DNA of 64,000 nt from an uncultured Gammaproteobacteria bacterium (GTDB lineage: Bacteria > Pseudomonadota > Gammaproteobacteria > Steroidobacterales > Steroidobacteraceae), in NCBI GenBank assembly GCA_963819705.1, contig CAWFXH010000011.1:7529-71528 (forward strand). Reading direction: 5' to 3'. The notes below the pieces were generated by a model, which was not told the DNA's origin, did no database searches, and saw only the letters and a program-made list of their open reading frames with translations. The translations under genes and the position numbers were made by a program. Numbering within the stretch: position 1 is the stretch's first letter; each line of letters begins with the position of its first letter. Below, piece by piece: positions 59,881 to 64,000 of the stretch.

Positions 59881-61944
59881 ATGCATCCGCCGACCGCACC
59901 CAAGGCCGTATTCAACGAGTCCATCGGCCTCATCAACGCCGGCGAGCTGGGAGCCGCCGAGGCGCGCTGCCGCGCCGCGCTCACGAAATACCCGGGCGAC
60001 ATCAACTTGCAGGCCCTGCTCGGCGCTTTGCTCGTCAAGCGGGATCGCCGCGAGGAGGCGGAACAGCTTCTGCGCGGGGTGATCGCCGCCGCTCCCTCTT
60101 TTGCCAAGCCCGCGGAGGACCTGGGATTTCTCCTGTTGCAGGAGGGTCGGGCCGCCGATGCCCTGCCCTTCCTCGAACGCGCAACCCGCCTCGATCCGAC
60201 TCTCGAGCGCGCCTGGTTCACGCTCGGCAAGGCGCTCGCGCTCCTCGGCCGCGGGCAGGACGCGGATGCCGCATTCGAGAAGTGCTTCGAGCGCTCGCCA
60301 GAACGGCGGCTCATGGCGCTCGCGGCCGAGCACCAGAAGGAGGGCCGCATCGACGAAGCCGAGCGGCTGTACCGCCGCGTGCTGCGCCAGAGCCCGCGCA
60401 ATGTCGATGCCCTGCGCCTGCTCGCCCTGATCGCGGTACGGGCCGATCGTGGCGACGACGCCGAGCTCCTGCTGCGGCAGGCGATCGGGATCGCGCCTGA
60501 CTTCATCCTGGCGGTCCTCGACCTCGGTCGGCTGCTCAAGGACCAGGACCGCTACGGCGAAGCCCTCGATTGCTTCGACCGCGCGATCGCGCTCGATCCG
60601 TCGCATCCCCCGGCACACTACCTGCGGGCCTCGACTCTCGCGCGGGCGTCATTCACCGACGACGCCATTGAAGCGTACCGGCGGTGCCTCGAGCTGAAGA
60701 CCGATCATATCGGAGCGCTGCTCGGACTCGGCCACATGCTGAAGGCCGTCGGACGCTACGACGAATGCGTCGCGTCATACCAGGCGTGCATCCGGCATGC
60801 GCCGGACTTCGGCGAGACCTACTGGAGCCTCGCAAACCTCAAGACCTACCGCTTCGACGACCAGGCGGTCGCGGAGATGGAGAAGCGCGCTGCGGCCGGC
60901 GGCGAGAATGAGCAGTCGCAGGTGAATTTCCTGTTCGCCCTCGGCAAGGCATACGAGGACCGTCGTGACTTTGAGCGCGCCTGGCACTTTTACCGCAGCG
61001 GCAACGCGGCACAGCGGTCGCAGATCGCCTACGACCCGGTGCAGACCGAAGTCATGAACGACCGGCTCATCGAGGTCTACACCGCGGAATTCCTGCAGTC
61101 ACTGCGCGGCGCCGGGAATCCCGACCCATCGCCGGTCTTCATCCTCGGCCTGCCGCGTTCGGGCTCGACCCTGCTCGAACAGATCCTGGCGAGCCACGGC
61201 CAGGTCGAGGGCACCAGCGAGCTACCGTACATCGGCCGCGTCGCGACGTCGCTCAATCGCAACCGCGCAGATGGCGTCAACTACCCGGAAGCCATGCGCG
61301 AGCTCGCGCCGGCAAACGTGGCGGCGCTCGGCGCCGATTACCTCGCCCAGGCGCACATGCACCGCCGGACCGGCGCGCCGAGATTCATTGACAAGATGCC
61401 GAATAACTTCCCCAATGTCGGCCTGATCGCGGCCATCCTGCCGAACGCGAAAATCATCGATGCGCGGCGGCATCCGCTCGATGCGTGCCTGTCCTGCTAC
61501 CGGCAGCTGTTCGCCAAGGGCCAGAACTTCACCTACGACCTGACGGAGATCGGGGAATATTACCTGCAGTACCAGCGGATGATGAACCACTGGTCGCGCG
61601 TGCTGCCCGGACGCGTGCTCACCGTGCAATACGAAGAAGTCGTCAGCAATTTCGAGGCGCAGGTGCGGCGGCTGCTCGCATTCTGCGGCCTGCCCTGGGA
61701 CGACGCCTGCCTGAAATTCCACGAGAGCGACCGCCCGGTCAGGACACCGTCGGCCGAACAGGTGCGCCAGCCGATCTACGACCGTTCGATCGGCCACTGG
61801 CGGCACTACCAGCGCTACCTCGACGAGCTGATCGAGGTCATCGATCCGATCCGGGACCGCTACCGGCGCTACGAGCCCGCGGTCGGCGACTCCGCCCTCG
61901 CCGGGGGCGAGAGTCGCCCGGGAATGGCCCCGGGAGGAACGTAG
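59881..61944 (+). CDS. TPR-repeat protein fused to a C-terminal TPST-like sulfotransferase domain
   Basis: ATG at 59881 within track ORF 59698..61944. ~430 aa of TPR-type helical repeats, then LGLPRSGSTLLEQIL (5'-PSB), LPNAKIIDARRHPLD, VQYEEVVSNFEAQVRRLLAFCGLPWDDACLKFHE and SIGHWRHY. Starts 10 nt after the M14-like gene. Confidence 0.85.
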   Translation: MHPPTAPKAVFNESIGLINAGELGAAEARCRAALTKYPGDINLQALLGALLVKRDRREEAEQLLRGVIAAAPSFAKPAEDLGFLLLQEGRAADALPFLERATRLDPTLERAWFTLGKALALLGRGQDADAAFEKCFERSPERRLMALAAEHQKEGRIDEAERLYRRVLRQSPRNVDALRLLALIAVRADRGDDAELLLRQAIGIAPDFILAVLDLGRLLKDQDRYGEALDCFDRAIALDPSHPPAHYLRASTLARASFTDDAIEAYRRCLELKTDHIGALLGLGHMLKAVGRYDECVASYQACIRHAPDFGETYWSLANLKTYRFDDQAVAEMEKRAAAGGENEQSQVNFLFALGKAYEDRRDFERAWHFYRSGNAAQRSQIAYDPVQTEVMNDRLIEVYTAEFLQSLRGAGNPDPSPVFILGLPRSGSTLLEQILASHGQVEGTSELPYIGRVATSLNRNRADGVNYPEAMRELAPANVAALGADYLAQAHMHRRTGAPRFIDKMPNNFPNVGLIAAILPNAKIIDARRHPLDACLSCYRQLFAKGQNFTYDLTEIGEYYLQYQRMMNHWSRVLPGRVLTVQYEEVVSNFEAQVRRLLAFCGLPWDDACLKFHESDRPVRTPSAEQVRQPIYDRSIGHWRHYQRYLDELIEVIDPIRDRYRRYEPAVGDSALAGGESRPGMAPGGT

Positions 61945-62471
61945 TCGAAGATGAAATTGATCCGGTCCGCGACGCCCTTGTTCATGACGCTGTGGACCTT
62001 CTGGTTGTTGATCTCGTAAGCCTCGCCGACTTCGAGCTGGTAGGGGCGCCCGTCGATCATGAATCGCACGCGCGGGTTGGTCACGATCGGGATGTGGATG
62101 CGGTGGCCGGCGCCGAACGACGGGTGCGAATCACGGTGCGGGATGATGCGGCCGCCGGCGAGCAGCTTGGCGGCCATCGCGCGGATGATGGTCCCGCCCG
62201 GCGGATACCACTTGCCGATGATCTCGTGCATCACCGGCACCGCAACCTTGGCCAGCCGGTCCCAGCCGGGCTGCTTGCTCACCTCGACCGCCGGCCAGCC
62301 GTCGACTTCGGCGAACAGCAGCACGATCGATCGCGTCTGCTCGTGCACTTCGTAGTCGTTCTGGCGCTGGACGTTCTCCTTCCAGGCCGCCTCGTCCTGC
62401 CCGAGGATGGCGTCGCCAAGTGCCGCCATCTCGATCTTGCCGAAGCTGCGGAGCGGGACTCCGATGTCCAT
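61869..62471 (-). CDS. Aspartyl/asparaginyl beta-hydroxylase-family 2OG/Fe(II) oxygenase
   Basis: ATG at 62471 (MDIGVPLRSFGK...), a 1-nt overlap with the receptor stop (TGATG). Facial-triad-like HRD...H (IIPHRDSH ... NQKVHSV). 200 aa. The upstream part of track ORF 61869..62609 lies inside the receptor gene. Confidence 0.8.
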   Translation of the reverse strand: MDIGVPLRSFGKIEMAALGDAILGQDEAAWKENVQRQNDYEVHEQTRSIVLLFAEVDGWPAVEVSKQPGWDRLAKVAVPVMHEIIGKWYPPGGTIIRAMAAKLLAGGRIIPHRDSHPSFGAGHRIHIPIVTNPRVRFMIDGRPYQLEVGEAYEINNQKVHSVMNKGVADRINFIFDYVPPGAIPGRLSPPARAESPTAGS

Positions 62472-64000
62472 CAGAACTCGTAGCGGAACTGCAACCCCAG
62501 CGTGCGCGGCCGGTTGATCGACTGGCGCTGCGGTGTGGCCCAGCGATTGCTCAAGAACAGGTTGGCCCGTTCGTCCGTGAAGTTTTCGATGAAGAGCGAG
62601 GTCGTCCAATGTTCGCCCTCGAGGCCGACCCGGAGGTCCCCTGTCTGGTAGGCGTCCTGCACCTGCACGCCGGCTCCGCCGACAACTGACTCGATGCCTT
62701 CGAGGTTGTTGACCGACTCACCGACGTAAGCGAGGTCGATCCGCCCGAACGGCTGAGCGTCAAACAGCCGGCCACGTGAGCGGTACTCAAGCCCGAGCGT
62801 CGCACTCCAGTCCGGCGTCAGCGGCAGGCGCGCACCCTTCGTGACCGGGATTTCGTACGTGACGTTGCTGGAATCCGTGAGCGACAGCACGGTGGCCTGG
62901 GACACTTTCCCGTCGTTCCAGCCCAGTGTCGCATCGACCTGCCAGGCGTCGTTGACGACAAACGAAAACTCGGTTTCGACGCCGTTGATTTCGGCGGACG
63001 GCAGATTGACGTAACCGAGCTGGAACACCAGCGGCTGCGGGTCCTCGATCTGGACCGCGAAATCATCCCATTTCATCGTGTAGGCCGCGATATTGAATCG
63101 CAGCCGGTTTCCCAGCCACTCCGTCTTGGCGCCTATTTCGACATTCGTGAGCTTGTCTGACTTGTACACGTGCGGAAGGATCGAGATGGGTCGCACGGGA
63201 TTGGCGCCGCCGACCCGGAATCCCTCCGAATATGTCGCGTACACCATCCGATCATGGTTGAAGCGGTAAGTCAGGTTGAGCTTGCCGACCGAGCCGCTCT
63301 CATCCGAATGCGTGTTGGCGTCAGTGAGCGAAAAGCCGCTGAATCCCTCCGGCGACTCCTGGTGAAGCCCGAACTTGCGGTCGTATTCGAACCAGCGACC
63401 GCCGGCGGTGATCGTGAAGTTGTCGGTCACATCGAAGCCAAGCTCCCCGAAGACCGCCTTCTGGTCGAGCTCAGTATCGTACTTCCCGATGAACCAGGCT
63501 TCGGTCGGAGCCAGCGTGTTGTTGTAGACGTTGTATTCCAGGTAACTGAAGTAGGCGAAGGCTGGCGTGTTCTCGTAGCCGCGGACGTAACTGTCGAACT
63601 CGGTGTGGCCCGTCTCCTTGCTGTAGAAAACGCCGGCCAGCCAGGACCAGCGGCTTTCGGCGTCGTGGGACGACTGCAGTCGCGCCTCGAACGTGGTGAT
63701 GTCGGTATGTTCGTGGTTGGTCGCGAAGCCGCGCGGATCGCCGCCGAAGTCGTAGGCGAGCGAGTTGTAGTAGATCGCGGCCTGGTTGAAGCTGAACTCG
63801 TAGTCCGTCGCATCCGCCTCATAGGCAAACTTGCGGTCGAAATACGAACCGGATACCACGAGGTCGCCGAAAGGCAGCGAGGCGTTGAGGGTCAGCCCGA
63901 CCTGGTACCAGCGGTCGTTGAGGTTCTCGTTCTCGAAGCGCGCCTGCTTGAGGTCGCCCGCGCCGACCGTCACGTCGCCATGACCGCCGGCATGTGCATC
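62471..64000 (-). CDS. TonB-dependent receptor, C-terminal ~509 codons (the gene continues beyond the right edge)
   Basis: The frame is open to the window edge upstream of the track start at 63973. Beta-barrel-type alternating sequence ends in the OMP C-terminal motif LGLQFRYEF. Confidence 0.88.
   Translation of the reverse strand, partial: DAHAGGHGDVTVGAGDLKQARFENENLNDRWYQVGLTLNASLPFGDLVVSGSYFDRKFAYEADATDYEFSFNQAAIYYNSLAYDFGGDPRGFATNHEHTDITTFEARLQSSHDAESRWSWLAGVFYSKETGHTEFDSYVRGYENTPAFAYFSYLEYNVYNNTLAPTEAWFIGKYDTELDQKAVFGELGFDVTDNFTITAGGRWFEYDRKFGLHQESPEGFSGFSLTDANTHSDESGSVGKLNLTYRFNHDRMVYATYSEGFRVGGANPVRPISILPHVYKSDKLTNVEIGAKTEWLGNRLRFNIAAYTMKWDDFAVQIEDPQPLVFQLGYVNLPSAEINGVETEFSFVVNDAWQVDATLGWNDGKVSQATVLSLTDSSNVTYEIPVTKGARLPLTPDWSATLGLEYRSRGRLFDAQPFGRIDLAYVGESVNNLEGIESVVGGAGVQVQDAYQTGDLRVGLEGEHWTTSLFIENFTDERANLFLSNRWATPQRQSINRPRTLGLQFRYEF

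Noticed and set aside
58824-60618. 571-aa and 316-aa minus-strand ORFs opposite the M14-like and TPR-sulfotransferase genes
   Set aside because: Their products are Arg/Ser/Ala-rich with no motifs. The plus-strand genes carry a signal peptide, HxxE, TPR periodicity and PAPS motifs. They are antisense artefacts.

Overview
High-GC proteobacterial chromosome segment. Gene content and order look like a Xanthomonadales/Nevskiales-like gammaproteobacterium (lineage is an inference from synteny, not a search). Most of it is tightly packed core genome, with many 1-4 nt start/stop overlaps. Left to right: (1) the 5' part of the dcw cluster on the minus strand (mraZ-rsmH-ftsL-ftsI-murE-murF-mraY-murD-ftsW, ftsW cut by the edge), with a recognisable Pmra promoter and MraZ boxes; (2) RNase P RNA; (3) rsmI / lpoA-yraN; (4) petABC (cytochrome bc1) followed directly by sspB; (5) a DegS-like protease and murA-ibaG; (6) kdsD-kdsC-lptC-lptA-lptB-rpoN-hpf-rapZ; (7) a patatin-like lipase, periplasmic Bcp, a MoxR ATPase + CoxE-like VWA pair and a penicillin-acylase-family Ntn hydrolase; (8) tkt-gap-pgk-pyk; (9) metK, an SAH riboswitch and ahcY; (10) cpdA-like, GumN/TraB-like, hemL, CPBP protease, Lon-N protein, mpl, rnd; (11) an FAD oxidoreductase + MFS pair and adk; (12) a PPi-energetics pair (PPi-dependent PFK + K+-independent H+-PPase). 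I saw no tRNA, rRNA, CRISPR array, transposase, integrase or phage genes. The only accessory-looking part is the right-hand ~10 kb (54.1-64 kb). It holds a visibly more AT-rich stretch of small secreted/membrane proteins, then an island with an orphan priming glycosyltransferase, two TPST-like sulfotransferases (one fused to a long TPR array), a secreted M14-like peptidase, and an AspH-like 2OG oxygenase translationally coupled to a TonB-dependent receptor. That island is my best candidate for an undescribed system (protein/peptide or glycan sulfation plus hydroxylation), but the function is inference only. A short GGGGACG..CCCCTT hairpin family recurs in pairs at several operon boundaries. 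All calls rest on reading the sequence and remembered family motifs; no searches were run. RNA ends and several non-ATG starts are approximate.
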